DNA of 64,000 nucleotides from Ostreococcus lucimarinus (Eukaryota). Positions 36,627 to 46,372 of this stretch are shown piece after piece. The stretch lies in the NCBI GenBank assembly GCA_000092065.1, contig CP000590.1; one strand, given 5' to 3'. The position numbers were made by a program, and so were the translations under genes. Within the stretch, counting starts at the first letter, position 1. The number at the start of each line of letters is the position of its first letter. Under the pieces are notes generated by a model. That model worked only from the letters and a program-made list of their open reading frames with translations, was not told where the DNA came from and searched no databases.

Positions 36627-37907
36627 CTAACGTCTCTTCGCAGGCTGTTTCCTACCTCCTCCGGCTCCTCCGCTCGACGACGGTGGAGGTTTCTTCTTCT
36701 TCTTCTTCGCTCTCGCCTCCGCCGCTGATTTTCTTTTCAGACTTCGCTTGAAAACTATGCTCGCGCGAGGCGCGTCGTTACCGTCGCCCTCTGCTGTCAT
36801 CACGCAATGCTCGAAGTCGTCTTGACAATTCGCGAACATCCAAATCGCGTCGCCATCGAGCGTTCGGATCCAATGCGACTCCGCGTCGGTCGAACCTAGA
36901 GGCCTAAAACTAAATCGCCTGGTCTCACCTACGGAGACGATGATGCTATCCGTGGCGTACCCGATGCCCATGAACGGATCGGTATGATACGCGCACGCCG
37001 CCGTTTCGCTCGGGTACAAATTAATCAAGCAGCAATCGAACCTCTCGCCCGTCTTCTCTTCCAATGCATCGCGCACTCTCGCCACCGCCGGGCACATCGG
37101 CACGGGTTGCATAATTTTCCCACTGTACGCGTACGAACCAACGTGTTCTTCGCCCATCCAACACGTCTCGCGGCGCTCGTCCACGCGCCTGCCGTCCCGA
37201 GTCGTCAACTGTTCGCGCTTGAACGGCACTTCGCGTTTCAAAGTCTCCAAATCAATCAATCCCGCCGTTAGATAGGGTTGAAAACGAAACGGAACCCCAC
37301 GCATAGCGATGTCGACTTCGTTCGGCACCGCGCTCCCGCACCGCGCGAGCGCCCACGCGACCACCGTCGCGCAGCGCGGCGGCAGCGTCGCCGCCGCCGC
37401 CGTCGCGTAAAAATTCACTCTCGCCGCTTCCTCCATCTCAAACGGCGCCAAGCTCCCGAGCGCGCGCGCGGTTTCGGTAAACAACACACCAGCCTCCGGG
37501 TCGTTCCTCGTCTCGTCGTCGTCGTCGATCCACAGCGCGCCCGCGACCAACCTCGCGAACTGCGTCGCGCTCGTCGCCTCCCGCCGCGCGTCCTCCCGTC
37601 GCGTCCCGACCAGCATTTTCGCCAGCCTTTGGAGCGCCCGCGAGCACGTCTTTTTGCGTTTCCTTCGGTGGTGCAGCTGGGACTCGTGCGGCGCGAGCGA
37701 CGCGTCCGTCGGCAGCGGCAACGAATCCGCGGCGGTTAAAATATCCAGCGCACTTTTCGCGTCGTTGACGAGCTGCGCGGCGCTCGGCGCGGCGGCGGTT
37801 TCGCGATCGCTCGCGTCGGCGCGACGCGCGACGACGCGTCGTCGTCGCGCGATGCGGTGCGCGCGCGCGGTACATCGCGCGGGATGGTGGCCGCGCGCGG
37901 CGCGCAT
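36627..37907 (-). CDS. 2OG-Fe(II) oxygenase, AlkB-like
   Basis: LINLYPSETAACAYHTDPF (HxD) ... FEHCV (second His) within a DSBH-like segment. R-rich presequence. Confidence 0.6.
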   Translation of the reverse strand: MRAARGHHPARCTARAHRIARRRRVVARRADASDRETAAAPSAAQLVNDAKSALDILTAADSLPLPTDASLAPHESQLHHRRKRKKTCSRALQRLAKMLVGTRREDARREATSATQFARLVAGALWIDDDDETRNDPEAGVLFTETARALGSLAPFEMEEAARVNFYATAAAATLPPRCATVVAWALARCGSAVPNEVDIAMRGVPFRFQPYLTAGLIDLETLKREVPFKREQLTTRDGRRVDERRETCWMGEEHVGSYAYSGKIMQPVPMCPAVARVRDALEEKTGERFDCCLINLYPSETAACAYHTDPFMGIGYATDSIIVSVGETRRFSFRPLGSTDAESHWIRTLDGDAIWMFANCQDDFEHCVMTAEGDGNDAPRASIVFKRSLKRKSAAEARAKKKKKKPPPSSSGGAGGGRKQPAKRR

Positions 37908-38007
37908 GGCGCGTTTTGAGGCGACGCGGCGACGGTCGAGGCTTTACCTACTGCTGAGTGTCGGTTCTCACAACGGCTAAGTGATGATGACGCGAGCGCG
38001 ATGATTG

Positions 38008-39045
38008 TTAAATCGACCACTCGGCGGTCTTCTTGAACTGTCCCGCGAAGGCGTCGAGCCAACGCGCGGCGTCGGCTTCGTCGACGACGCGTCTGTCGAC
38101 GCTCACCGTCGCCGTCATCGTCTGTACGGTTGACGGTTGGCCTTCGACCAAGACGACGCGATCCTTCCCGGCACCGATGGCTAAGATGGCACCTTGCGGC
38201 GGGTTCAAGATTGCCGAAAACGCGTCGACGCCGAACATGCCGAGATTCGACACGGAGAAGGAACCGCCCATAAACTCGTGCGGCTTCAACGCGCCCTCGC
38301 GCGCCTTCTTCGCCAATCCCTTCACGTCCGCCCCGATCTCCGTCAGCGTCTTCTCATCCGCTCGCGTGACGATCGGCGTGATGAGCCCATCGTCTGTGGC
38401 CACCGCCACGCACACGTCCACGCTCTCGTACGCCCGCCTTCCGCCCGTCGCATCGTCCCATCCCGCGTTCAACTCCGGCACCTCCCTCAACGCCCGTCCC
38501 ACCGCGTACATCACGCAATCGTTCACGCTCACCTTCACCCCACTCGCGTCCATCACCCGTCTCCTCAGCGCCGCGACCTCGCTCAGATCGACGTCCGCGC
38601 TCGCGTACGCGTGCGGCGTCCTCGTCTTGCTCTCCGTCAACCGACTCGCGATCGTCCGTCGCATCTTCGTCGTCGCCGCGTCCTCCGCGCGCTGTCCTCG
38701 CGCCAGCCCGTACTCGTAGTCCTCCAGCAGCGTTTTCGGCCGCTCGTCCCTCGCGATCGCCGGCGGTCGCAGTCCTAATTTTTCCAGCGTCGCCGCGTCG
38801 ACGGCGCCGACGCGCCGCAGGACGTCCGCCGCGATCAGATGCCCCCCCGGTCCGCTCCCCGGCACCAGCGTCTCCGGGTCCACGCCGTGCTCCTCGCACA
38901 GGCGACGAACGCTGGGCCAGAGCTTCAGCGCCCCGATCGCGCGCGTCGCGTGCGCGCGCCGCGCCGCGCGGTCGAGAGATCTTTCGAGATTTCGCGAAAT
39001 TCTCTTCGTCGCGATTCCGACGACGCGCGCCGTCGCGCGACGCAT
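38008..39045 (-). CDS. 2-oxoacid dehydrogenase E2-like protein with E3-binding (PSBD) and acyltransferase domains, but no lipoyl domain, and catalytic DHRxxDG degenerated to DRRVVDE
   Basis: PSBD: LWPSVRRLCEEHGVDPETLVPGSGPGGHLIAADVLRRV. Catalytic domain: ...GGSFSVSNLGMFGVDAFSAILNPPQGAILAIGA...TATVSVDRRVVDEADAARWL. The ORF-track extension to 39570 is pure Arg/Ala low complexity with no lipoyl-Lys motif. The Met at 39043-39045 is preferred. Confidence 0.65.
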   Translation of the reverse strand: MRRATARVVGIATKRISRNLERSLDRAARRAHATRAIGALKLWPSVRRLCEEHGVDPETLVPGSGPGGHLIAADVLRRVGAVDAATLEKLGLRPPAIARDERPKTLLEDYEYGLARGQRAEDAATTKMRRTIASRLTESKTRTPHAYASADVDLSEVAALRRRVMDASGVKVSVNDCVMYAVGRALREVPELNAGWDDATGGRRAYESVDVCVAVATDDGLITPIVTRADEKTLTEIGADVKGLAKKAREGALKPHEFMGGSFSVSNLGMFGVDAFSAILNPPQGAILAIGAGKDRVVLVEGQPSTVQTMTATVSVDRRVVDEADAARWLDAFAGQFKKTAEWSI

Positions 39046-39168
39046 CGCGCGCGCGCGACGCGCGTCCGAGCGCGCGTCGCGCCCGCGCTCTCGCGCGCGG
39101 CGCGCTCCGCGGCGCGATCTCTCGCGCGCGGCGCGTTTTGACGTTCGATCGCGATTCCCGGCACCGCA

Positions 39169-40191
39169 TTGATTCGCGCGCGCCGCCCGCGTCTCGCGCG
39201 CGCGACGCCCGCTGACGCGCGCGCGACGTCGGCGCGCGCGCGCGCGACCTCGCGCCGCGCGCGCGTCGCGCGAGACGCCGCGCGGGCGTCGCGCGCGCGC
39301 GAGATGTCGCGCGAACGCGACGGCGCGCCGGAACCTCTGTTCGCGCGTCGCGTCGTCGACCGCGCGCTCGATCGCGCGCGCACGCGCAATCCGAGCGAAC
39401 GCGCGTGCGTGCGCGCGCCGGGGGCGATCGCGCGCGCGCTGGATCGATGCGCGAGGGCGTTCGCGGAGGAGAGCGCGCGGGCGGCGGCGCTGCGAGACGC
39501 GCGAGCGCGCGCGAAGAGAGCGGCGACGGCGCGACCGGACGCGCGCGCGCTGACGGTGCTGCTGGGACAAGCGATCGAGACGACGGATCGACGACGGCGC
39601 GGGACGCTGGCGGCGATCGCGGAGTGCGTGAGGGAGGGAAGGCGAACGGCGGAACGATTGCGGGCGTTCGCGGAGGCGAACGAGTGGACGGCGACGGAGC
39701 TGGAGAGTTCGCGCGCGGAGGAAGCGCGGGCGATCGGCGCGACGAAAAAGGCGCTGGCGAAGTCAGAGCGCGAAGCGTCGGCGGCGCTCGAGACGATCGT
39801 CGGTGGAAAACGCGGAGGGAAGAGGAAAACGGACGCGGCGTCGGCGGACGCGGACGCGGCGCCGCGAACGCCGGGAGGGAAACGGCGCGCGCGAGCGGGA
39901 CCGAGAATCGTCGCGTCGAAACCGGCGGCGAGCGAGGAAACAGCGGATGATTCGGACGAGGAACCGATGATGACCGCGGAAGGGCCGCCCGAGGAGGAAT
40001 CGCCGGCGGCGACCGAGGTGACGCAACCGACGCAGCCGGCGAGCGACGAAGACTCCGACGGCGAACGCGCGTTGGAGACGCTCACGTCGCCGACGACGAA
40101 AAATGTCGTGCAAATTCTCATGGAGATGGATCTGCCGAATCACGGCGTTTCCATCAGCGAGAGCCCGGAGAAGGACGAGGATGAAAATTGA
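39169..40191 (+). CDS. Hypothetical nuclear-type protein (basic patch plus acidic Ser/Asp/Glu-rich C-terminus)
   Basis: Consistent G/C3 codon bias. KRGGKRKTD...GGKRRARAG basic clusters. Acidic tail DDSDEEPMMTAEGPPEEESP...SDEDSDGE. Alternative start MSRERDG at 39304. Confidence 0.45.
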   Translation: MIRARRPRLARATPADARATSARARATSRRARVARDAARASRAREMSRERDGAPEPLFARRVVDRALDRARTRNPSERACVRAPGAIARALDRCARAFAEESARAAALRDARARAKRAATARPDARALTVLLGQAIETTDRRRRGTLAAIAECVREGRRTAERLRAFAEANEWTATELESSRAEEARAIGATKKALAKSEREASAALETIVGGKRGGKRKTDAASADADAAPRTPGGKRRARAGPRIVASKPAASEETADDSDEEPMMTAEGPPEEESPAATEVTQPTQPASDEDSDGERALETLTSPTTKNVVQILMEMDLPNHGVSISESPEKDEDEN

Positions 40192-40202
40192 TGCTCGCGT
40201 CG

Positions 40203-40916
40203 TCATTGCAAATTCTTCGCGTTTTCGAGCGCCCAAGCTAGCGTGTACAATCCAGCGAAGACTTTGATCCCTTGCGCGCTGAACTCATCGAGCGTTCGCA
40301 ACAAATCCTTCTTTGGACATCGAATCACCGTGATAAACTCCGAGCCCTCCAATCGCTGCGACGGATTCGCGTTTTCCGCCGCGTCCAAATCGACGTCCAC
40401 GGTCACCAAGACCACCGATTCGTCCGACAACCCGGGCGACAGCACGACCGCCGGCGTCACGTTCGTCACTCGCCCGACGTACCCACACTCCTCGTGTAAT
40501 TCTCTCAGCGCGCTCGTCTCGGCCTTTTCGCCGTCATCGATCAGTCCCGCCGGCAACTCGATCGTCTCCGTCCCGCACGCCGGTCGAAACTGTCTCACTA
40601 AGAGCACCTCATCCTCCTTCGCATCACCGCCTCGTAAGGTCGCGAACACGCACACCGCGTCCGCTTCCGCTTCTTTCGTCGTCGTCGTTCGTCGCACCGC
40701 GTCCCAGGTTCTCGCCGCGCCGGTCGGGTCGACGTAATCTAGCCGCACGAGTTTAATCCACTTCGCCGCGTGCACGTCCGTTTCGCCCGTGACGCGGCTC
40801 GCGCTCGAGCACGGTCTGTCCGAGGACGACACCACCGGCATTTGTCCACGAAGATTCGTCGCGCGCGCGCGAGCGCTCGGGAGGAGTCTCGGGAGCGTTC
40901 GCGTCGCCGCGCGCAT
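40203..40916 (-). CDS. Nudix hydrolase (ADP-ribose/ADP-sugar pyrophosphatase type) with presequence
   Basis: Nudix box IELPAGLIDDGEKAETSALRELHEECGY (GX5EX7REUXEEXGU). N-terminal beta-strands KWIKLVRLDYVDPTGAARTWDAVRR typical of NUDT5/ADPRase. Confidence 0.8.
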   Translation of the reverse strand: MRAATRTLPRLLPSARARATNLRGQMPVVSSSDRPCSSASRVTGETDVHAAKWIKLVRLDYVDPTGAARTWDAVRRTTTTKEAEADAVCVFATLRGGDAKEDEVLLVRQFRPACGTETIELPAGLIDDGEKAETSALRELHEECGYVGRVTNVTPAVVLSPGLSDESVVLVTVDVDLDAAENANPSQRLEGSEFITVIRCPKKDLLRTLDEFSAQGIKVFAGLYTLAWALENAKNLQ

Positions 40917-41316
40917 CGATTTGTGACGCCCTCGCGCGTCGCCGGACTTCGGCGTACGCGCACGCGAGACATTTCCCCGCCTCGCGCGCCTCGCGAAGGG
41001 TCTCCAGGCTCACGCCGTGGCGCGCGGAGAGATTCACGAGCTCGAGAAGGTCGTTCTCTCGAACGAGCAGCGCTCGAACGTCGCGTTCGATCGTCTCCAC
41101 GATGTCCAGAGGTAAGTCTCGCAGGGCGAACAGACGCAGCGAGATGCCGCGTTGGTCGAAAAAGCGCGCTCGAAGGAGCCCGCGCGACGTCTCGGGCGCG
41201 ACGGGCGCGTCGTCGGCGCTGAAAGGGTCTTTCGAAACGTTCATCGAGCGCGGCGTCGCGGAGTGCGCGGCGACGCTGAGACGTCGACATTGGGACGCTC
41301 GGACGCGAAGAGACAT
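40753..41316 (-). CDS. Candidate small protein gene overlapping the Nudix 5' end (unassigned)
   Basis: Good G/C3 bias. Non-low-complexity segment FFDQRGISLRLFALRDLPLDIVETIERDVRALLVRENDLLELVNLSARHGVSLETLREAREAGKCLACAYAEV. Its 3' portion (40753-40916) overlaps the Nudix N-terminus in another frame, so the true 3' end or splicing is unresolved. Confidence 0.3.
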   Translation of the reverse strand: MSLRVRASQCRRLSVAAHSATPRSMNVSKDPFSADDAPVAPETSRGLLRARFFDQRGISLRLFALRDLPLDIVETIERDVRALLVRENDLLELVNLSARHGVSLETLREAREAGKCLACAYAEVRRRARASQIDARGDANAPETPPERSRARDESSWTNAGGVVLGQTVLEREPRHGRNGRARGEVD

Positions 41317-41363
41317 TTCGCGTCGACGCTCTACAACTAATGTTTACGACGGCGATGCGGGCG

Positions 41364-42725
41364 TTAGAGCCTCGATCGCGGCGGTTTTACGGCGCGTTCG
41401 AGCGCACCGACTAATTCATCGATGTCCTCGTCTCGATGCGACGCGCTGAGCGCGACGCGGAGTCGACACGTTCCCGCGGGCACCGTCGGCGGGCGAATCG
41501 CCGGGACGTGGAATCCTTGGCGTAAGAGCTCTGCAGACGCCGCGAGCGCGGCTTCGGGCGCGCCGACGACGATCGACCCGATCGGACTCACCAACGGTTG
41601 CGTCATCGTCGCGAGCGTGGGCGACTTCGCGAGCGCGGCGTTGAGGCGATCGACGTTGCGCCAGAGCTTGACTCGAATCGACGGGTCGTCGGCGAAGACG
41701 CGCAAGCTCTCGAGCGCCGCCGCGATCACGGGCGCGGGGAGCGCCGTGCTAAACATGTGACCACGCGCGCGCGAGACCAAGAAACGCTTCATCTCGCGCG
41801 AGCACGCGACGAATCCACCGTGCGCACCGACGGCTTTGCTCAGCGTTCCGACGTGCACGTCGACGTCGGCGCATCGCCCACGCGCCTGCGCCACGCCCCC
41901 GCCGCGCTCACCGCACACCAAGGTCGCGTGCGCCTCGTCGAGAATCAACAAGAAACCGTACTTGCGCTTCAACGACGCCAAACGCTCGACGTCGGCGTAA
42001 TCACCATCCATGCTGAATAAACTATCGCTCACCACCGCCGTGCGCTTCGCCGAACACGTCTTCAACTCGCGCTCCAACTCGTCGTAATCCCTGTGCGCGA
42101 ACGTCCGCACCGTCGCACCGCCCTGTCGCGCTAATCGACACCCATCCACGATCGACGCGTGATTCAACGCGTCGCTAAATATACAACAATCCTCCGATCC
42201 GCACGCCGCCGGCAGCGTCGTCGCGTTCGCGGCGAACCCGCTCGGGAACAACACGCACTCTTCCGTCTCGCAAATCCTCGCCAGCTCGCGTTCGAGCGCC
42301 CTGTGCATGTCCGTGTATCCACACACGAGCGCGCTGCTCCGCGGTCCGCACCCGTACGCCGCCGCCGCGTTCGCCGCCGCGCGACGCGTCCGCGCGTGCT
42401 CGCCCAATCCCAAATAATCGTTCCCACTGAACACGCGCAGCGCGCGCGACGTCCCCGCGCCGTCGCACGACTCCCCGAGATCATCATCGTTCGTTCGCCA
42501 CCGCTCGAGCGTGCTCTCGCGCGCGTCGCACGTCGCCGCGGCGTCGTTCGCGTCGCTTTGGTCGATTCGCCGCCGGCGCGGTTGAACCGGTCGCAGGGCG
42601 CGCGCGACGCCCTCGCGCGCGAGTTCGGCGTTCGCGACGGTGAGCCATCGCGTCCAAGCGTCGGGCGTGGACGTGGACGGCGCGCGGGACGAAGGGCTCG
42701 GGTCGTCGTCGGGCTCGGCGCGCAT
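41364..42725 (-). CDS. bioF: 8-amino-7-oxononanoate (KAPA) synthase, BioF/KBL class-II aminotransferase
   Basis: Fold-type I PLP enzyme of the AONS family: FSGNDYLGL, SGFAANATTLPA, SDALNHASIVDG, DEAHATLVCGERGGG and GTLSKAVGAHGGF (PLP-Lys in TLSKA). Confidence 0.8.
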   Translation of the reverse strand: MRAEPDDDPSPSSRAPSTSTPDAWTRWLTVANAELAREGVARALRPVQPRRRRIDQSDANDAAATCDARESTLERWRTNDDDLGESCDGAGTSRALRVFSGNDYLGLGEHARTRRAAANAAAAYGCGPRSSALVCGYTDMHRALERELARICETEECVLFPSGFAANATTLPAACGSEDCCIFSDALNHASIVDGCRLARQGGATVRTFAHRDYDELERELKTCSAKRTAVVSDSLFSMDGDYADVERLASLKRKYGFLLILDEAHATLVCGERGGGVAQARGRCADVDVHVGTLSKAVGAHGGFVACSREMKRFLVSRARGHMFSTALPAPVIAAALESLRVFADDPSIRVKLWRNVDRLNAALAKSPTLATMTQPLVSPIGSIVVGAPEAALAASAELLRQGFHVPAIRPPTVPAGTCRLRVALSASHRDEDIDELVGALERAVKPPRSRL

Positions 42726-42795
42726 GGCGAGGCGACGTCTGCGGCGCGAGGCGTCGACGAATGAATGATGATTTGGATTAAGAATTAATGCGCGC

Positions 42796-44331
42796 TCACG
42801 CGCCGCCCATGGCGTACCAAGCGATCTTTCTGCGAACTGGACCCGTGGCGTTCACCGCGGCGAGACCGAGCGAGCGCGCGAGGGCGACGGGGTAGGTGTC
42901 GTTGGCGAAGAGCTTTTGTAAACCGTCGAGCGCCGCCATCATCGGCGCGTTGGCGGCGACGCTCGCGCGAGCGTACGGATTCAAAGCGTTCACGCTGCCG
43001 ATGTCTTGTCCGAGCGCGCGGGCGTCGGCGATCGCGTTCGCTAAGAGCTCGGCGTCGCGTAAGCCGAGGTTTAAGCCCTGACCGCCGAGCGGGTGGACGA
43101 CGTGCGCGGCGTCGCCGATGAGCGCCAGACGAGGCTTGATCAGGCGCGTCGCGTGGTGCGTGGACAGCGGGAAAGATCCACGCTTGGTGCCTTCGCCCGC
43201 GGGCAATACATCGGGCGGGTAACGAAACGGAGGCGCGAAATCGAGCCGCGCCGCTTCGTCCGCGCCCTCAATCGCGGGGACGCCGACGACTTTGCTCATC
43301 GTCGTCCTCGCCGCGCGCGCGAGCGGCTTAAACACCTGATTCGCCACGTCTTCCACGAAACGCAGCGTCGCGAATCGATTGAAATCTTCTTGGTACTGCG
43401 ACTTGTACGCCCCCTGCCCTTGCAACGCGTCGTGCACCGCCTGCGCGAACTCGGCGTCGCTCGCGTCCTCGGCTAAGCGTTTCGCCTCGCTCGGCGTCGT
43501 CGTCCAAACCACGTTCGAGTACGTCCCGTCTCCGATCGGCAGCAGCGCGATCGGTCCCGTCGGCAAGAATCTTTGCCACGCCGTCGAGTGCGCGCGATCG
43601 GTCCTCACCGTCCCCACCACCGCGCGTTGCCCGTACCCCCACCCCCCGACTTTTATCCCCGCCGCCGTCCGCGTCGCGCTCTTCGGCCCATCCGCCGCGA
43701 CGATCAACCGCGCGTCGATCTCCATCGTCCGCTCGCTCGCTTCACCACCTCCCGCCCCCCCCTCGCGCGTCGTCGTCGCCTTCCCGCCCTTCCCCGCGTC
43801 CTCGACGACGACGGTCGCCCGCGCCGGCGTCCCGCTCGCGTCCTCCTCCGGCGTCTTCGTCGCCGTCACCCGCGCCCTCGCGACGCGTTCGACCCCCAGT
43901 CGCTCGCCCGCGCGCTCCAGCGCCCACAGCACGACCCGATTCTCCGCCACCGTCCCCAGGGACGCCGCGCCGAGCTCCCGCGCGTCGTACGTCGCGTGTC
44001 CGCCGCCGACGCCGTCCCACGCCTGCATCGCGTCGAACGCCCTCGCCCGTCCCGCGCGCTCGATCTCGTCCCACGCCCCCCCGCACTCGTGCGCCAGAAA
44101 CGCCCTCGACCGCGGCGTCAGCGCGACGCACCGCGCGTCGATCGCGTCGTCGCGCTTCGGCGCCGGATTCGCGTCCCCACCGTCGACGACGACGACGCGC
44201 AGATCTTTCGTCGCGTCGCGCGCGCGGAGCGCGCACGCGAGCGCGGCGCCGGCGACGCCGCCGCCGACGACGAGGACGTCCGCGACGTCCGCGCGCGCGC
44301 GCGTCGCGACGCCGCGCTGAATCGCGCGCAT
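42796..44331 (-). CDS. COQ6: FAD-dependent monooxygenase of the UbiH/COQ6 family (ubiquinone biosynthesis)
   Basis: N-terminal Rossmann DVLVVGGGVAGAALACAL. DG and GD(A)AH motifs (LALIGDAAHVVHPLGGQGLNLGLRD). The ORF track extends it to 45123 through R-rich low complexity. The ATG at 44329-44331 is in frame. Confidence 0.8.
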   Translation of the reverse strand: MRAIQRGVATRARADVADVLVVGGGVAGAALACALRARDATKDLRVVVVDGGDANPAPKRDDAIDARCVALTPRSRAFLAHECGGAWDEIERAGRARAFDAMQAWDGVGGGHATYDARELGAASLGTVAENRVVLWALERAGERLGVERVARARVTATKTPEEDASGTPARATVVVEDAGKGGKATTTREGGAGGGEASERTMEIDARLIVAADGPKSATRTAAGIKVGGWGYGQRAVVGTVRTDRAHSTAWQRFLPTGPIALLPIGDGTYSNVVWTTTPSEAKRLAEDASDAEFAQAVHDALQGQGAYKSQYQEDFNRFATLRFVEDVANQVFKPLARAARTTMSKVVGVPAIEGADEAARLDFAPPFRYPPDVLPAGEGTKRGSFPLSTHHATRLIKPRLALIGDAAHVVHPLGGQGLNLGLRDAELLANAIADARALGQDIGSVNALNPYARASVAANAPMMAALDGLQKLFANDTYPVALARSLGLAAVNATGPVRRKIAWYAMGGA

Positions 44332-44403
44332 GATTCGATTCGATTCGATTTCGCGCGCGCGAGTGACGACGCGAATCCGCGACGCGCGCGCGCGACGACC
44401 GCG
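44332..44403. promoter_or_regulatory. About 70 bp divergent spacer between COQ6-like and MFS transporter start codons, containing a (GATTC)n short repeat
   Basis: catgattcgattcgattcgatttcgcg lies directly between the two opposing ATGs. Putative bidirectional promoter; inference only. Confidence 0.3.
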
Positions 44404-45984
44404 ATGGCGCTCGCGCGCGCGCGCGCGAGCGCGACGCATGATCCGCGCGCGCCGTCGCGGCGGCGCGACCGCGCGACGGCGCGACGACGCGCGACGACGC
44501 GACGACGCGACGGCGCGACGGCGACGGCGACGGCGACGACGAGAGACGCGGCGACGGCGACGGCGACGGCGCGACGACCGTCGGCGCGCGCGCGCGGACG
44601 CGCGACGACGCAACGGACGCGCGCGTCGACGGAGGACGACGGCGACGTCGGGGCGTCGGCGCGCGGCGACGGCGCGCGCGCGGCGACGACGCTCGGGCTG
44701 CCGCGAGACGTCTACGAGCCCCTGCGCACGCTGCTCGCGTCGCAGTTCGTGCTGTTCCTGGGCGTCGGGGCGCTGCTGCCGGCGCTGCCGCTGTACGCGC
44801 AGTCGATCGGGCTGTCGAGCTCGGCGAACGGGGTGGTGATCAGCGCGCCGGCGCTGGCGATGCTGACGCTGAACCTGCCGCTGGGGCGGGCGACGGATCG
44901 ATACGGAAGGAAACCGCTGATGATGGGAGGGATGGTGGTGATGGCGCTCGCGGACGTGGGAACGGCGATGTCGAGGAGCGTCGCGGCGCTGGTGCCGATG
45001 CGGATGCTGCTGGGAGTCGGACGCGCGGGGTGCGAGTGCGGAGACAGGGCGTATCTGGCGGATTTGTGCGCGCGGGTGCCGGAGAAGCGAGGAATCATCG
45101 TCGCGGGACAGAGCACGGTGCACGCGGTTGGGTTGGTGATAGGACCGTTGTTAGGAGGGAGATTGATGGAGGCGTACGGTGCGCCCGCGGCGTTTTATTA
45201 CGTCGCCGCGGCGGCGGTCGGGACGGCGATCGGGTATTCGTTTTTGCCCGAGACGCTCACGGAGGAGACGCGCGAGGCGGCGGAATTAAAGGCGACGATG
45301 GACGAGGAGGACGGAGGAATGTTTGAAGGGCTTAACCCTTTCATGTCGAGCGACGAGCGCGAAGAGTTGCGGGAACGCAAGAGTCAGCGCGAGTCGAGCA
45401 GTTGGTTGACGCTGTTGGCGAATCGCGAGCAGCGCGTGTTGTTGTTGTGTGCGTCGGCGAATTCCCTGGGTTTCGTCGCCAAGCTCACCGTGATTCCGCT
45501 CTACGCCTCCGGGCACCTGGACGCGTCGCCCGCGGAGGTTGGAAACTTGTTCTCCATCACCGCGTTGTTAGGTCTGGCGACCGCCCCGCTGAGCGGTTTG
45601 GCGGCGGATAAATTTGGCAAAAAAGTCGTCGTCGGCGCCGCGCTCGCCGCGTGCGCCACGGGTTTGTTCTTCGGCGCCCAGTCGCAGACGCAATCTGAGT
45701 TGATATTTTTCATCGGCGCGTGGGGCATCGGGACCGCCGCGGCCGGTCCCGCGATCAACGCCCTCGCGCAAGAGCTCGCCCCCAAGGGTGGCGAAGGCGA
45801 AGCCCTGACGCTTCCGAAATCCGCCGCCGATTTCATCTTCCTCATCGGACCTCTCGTCCTCGGCGTATTGGACGATTTCATCGGTACCGACAACGCCGGC
45901 ATGATCTTATGTTCCTCCGCCGCCGCCATCGCCGCCGCGAGTTGTTTCTTTCTCCCCGCCGCCGTCGAGCGCGTCGACCGTTGA
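44404..45984 (+). CDS. Major facilitator superfamily transporter (DHA/tetracycline-resistance-like)
   Basis: MFS motif A GRATDRYGRKPLMM between TM2 and TM3. Twelve predicted hydrophobic spans. About 100 aa R/T/A-rich N-terminal extension. The ORF track starts at 43573 inside the neighbouring gene. Confidence 0.8.
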   Translation: MALARARASATHDPRAPSRRRDRATARRRATTRRRDGATATATATTRDAATATATARRPSARARGRATTQRTRASTEDDGDVGASARGDGARAATTLGLPRDVYEPLRTLLASQFVLFLGVGALLPALPLYAQSIGLSSSANGVVISAPALAMLTLNLPLGRATDRYGRKPLMMGGMVVMALADVGTAMSRSVAALVPMRMLLGVGRAGCECGDRAYLADLCARVPEKRGIIVAGQSTVHAVGLVIGPLLGGRLMEAYGAPAAFYYVAAAAVGTAIGYSFLPETLTEETREAAELKATMDEEDGGMFEGLNPFMSSDEREELRERKSQRESSSWLTLLANREQRVLLLCASANSLGFVAKLTVIPLYASGHLDASPAEVGNLFSITALLGLATAPLSGLAADKFGKKVVVGAALAACATGLFFGAQSQTQSELIFFIGAWGIGTAAAGPAINALAQELAPKGGEGEALTLPKSAADFIFLIGPLVLGVLDDFIGTDNAGMILCSSAAAIAAASCFFLPAAVERVDR

Positions 45985-46372
45985 GCCCGTCTTCGCGTCT
46001 TCGCGTCTTCCCATCCCTCCCCTCGCGCCCCGCGCCCGCGCGCGTCGCGCGCTGCGTATTTTTCCTAGTTTATTCCCGCCTTTTTCCGTCGCGTCATCGC
46101 GTTTCGCGTCGTGTAAAAGATTCGAGACTTTGTTCGTTCGCCTCGCGCGCGCGTCCCGGTCGGCTGGACAGTCTCCGGGTCGCCCGACGCATCGTTCGTT
46201 CGCGCGCCGCACACCACCGCGCGCGGTGGCGCCACCGCGCGCGCACGTTCGCGCGCGAGAGCGATCGTCGATCGTCGCGCGCCCGCGCTCGCGCGCTCGC
46301 GCGCTCGCGACGCCGCGCGCGCCGTAAAAGCGACGCATTCAATCAAAGTCGTTAATTCCAATCGGCGCGGAG

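Noticed and set aside
14001-42725. Biotin pathway genes bioB (14001-15212) and bioF (41364-42725) in the same window
   Set aside because: They are 26 kb and about 20 unrelated genes apart, on opposite strands. This is chance co-occurrence in a gene-dense genome, not an operon-like cluster. bioA and bioD are not present.
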